From: Waterburya sp.
GTDB lineage: Bacteria; Cyanobacteriota; Cyanobacteriia; Cyanobacteriales; Xenococcaceae
NCBI GenBank assembly: GCA_965217895.1
Contig: CBDCJV010000002.1
Location: 4,544,001-4,608,000, forward strand
Length of the DNA stretch: 64,000 bases
Reading direction: 5' to 3'
Numbering within the stretch: position 1 is the stretch's first letter; each line of letters opens with the position of its first letter. The position numbers were made by a program, and so were the translations under genes. The notes beneath the pieces are model-generated. The model did no database searches. It saw nothing but the letters and a program-made list of their open reading frames with translations, and had not been told where the DNA came from. Of the stretch, positions 63,441 to 64,000 are shown in pieces.

Positions 63441-64000
63441 TTATTTTTGACCAAAAACATCTCTAATGCGATAAATTGGTCTTCTTTGAGATTCGTGATA
63501 GGTACGCATCAGTAGTTCAGTCACTAAACCAAAGCAAAACAAATTAACCCCAGTTATGACTAGCAACACGGCTAAAATTAATAAAGGGCGATCGCCAATA
63601 TTTTGATTAAAAAACAGTTTTACAATGGTAAGATAAGCACCCATTGCTATGCCCGCAGCCAAAGAAATTACGCCTCCTAAACCAAAGACGTGCATGGGAC
63701 GAGTCAGGAATTTCTTCATAAAGAAGACGGTCAACAAGTCCATTACTACCCGAATTGTTCTACCCAAGCCATATTTACTCTGTCCAAAGCGTCGAGCATG
63801 ATGGCGCACGGGTACTTCTGCTATTCTTGCCCCTTCGATGTATGCTAATGCTGGTAAAAAGCGATGCAGTTCTCCATAAAGGTTCATATCTGCCACTAAT
63901 TCAGAGCGATATGCCTTGAGAGAGCAGCCATAATCATGTAGTCTGACGCCTGTTACCTTAGCAATAATTAGGTTGGCAATTTTGGAAGGAAGCAGTCTGG
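63441..64000 (-). CDS. Glycosyltransferase family 2 (ArnC-like), 5'-partial
   Basis: Frame open to the window edge: LHDYGCSLKAYR, LYGELHRFLP, SKYGLGR, RTYHESQ. Confidence 0.92.
   Translation of the reverse strand, partial: RLLPSKIANLIIAKVTGVRLHDYGCSLKAYRSELVADMNLYGELHRFLPALAYIEGARIAEVPVRHHARRFGQSKYGLGRTIRVVMDLLTVFFMKKFLTRPMHVFGLGGVISLAAGIAMGAYLTIVKLFFNQNIGDRPLLILAVLLVITGVNLFCFGLVTELLMRTYHESQRRPIYRIRDVFGQK

Overview
Cyanobacterial chromosomal DNA (AT-rich, dense in the HIP1 octamer GCGATCGC, with heptamer tandem repeats and small hairpin repeats; gene content includes ndhV, ycf46, DUF3038/DUF4335 and an SLH porin). Bases 1-10470 are an accessory, rearranged block. It holds the 3' part of a giant surface or secreted protein gene (end of a NucA-like nuclease domain, an HExxH motif, a cadherin-like domain, 8 PKD domains, Calx-beta) that is cut by an IS630 element. 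After it come a truncated Tn3 transposase with its resolvase, a second IS630, and a truncated type II restriction endonuclease. The strongest candidate for a new system is a complete pentapeptide-repeat gene nested antisense, codon for codon, inside the giant gene directly after the nuclease-like segment, which could be a built-in inhibitor or immunity gene. The remaining ~53 kb is mostly core or housekeeping genes (thiC with TPP riboswitch, rpmI-rplT, malic enzyme, trmB, HaeIII-like methyltransferase, porin, rpsD, moaA, ycf46, murQ, ndhV, apt, tolC, two-component genes), mixed with gene remnants, MITEs and REP-like palindromes. All family assignments come from recognising motifs by eye, not from database searches.
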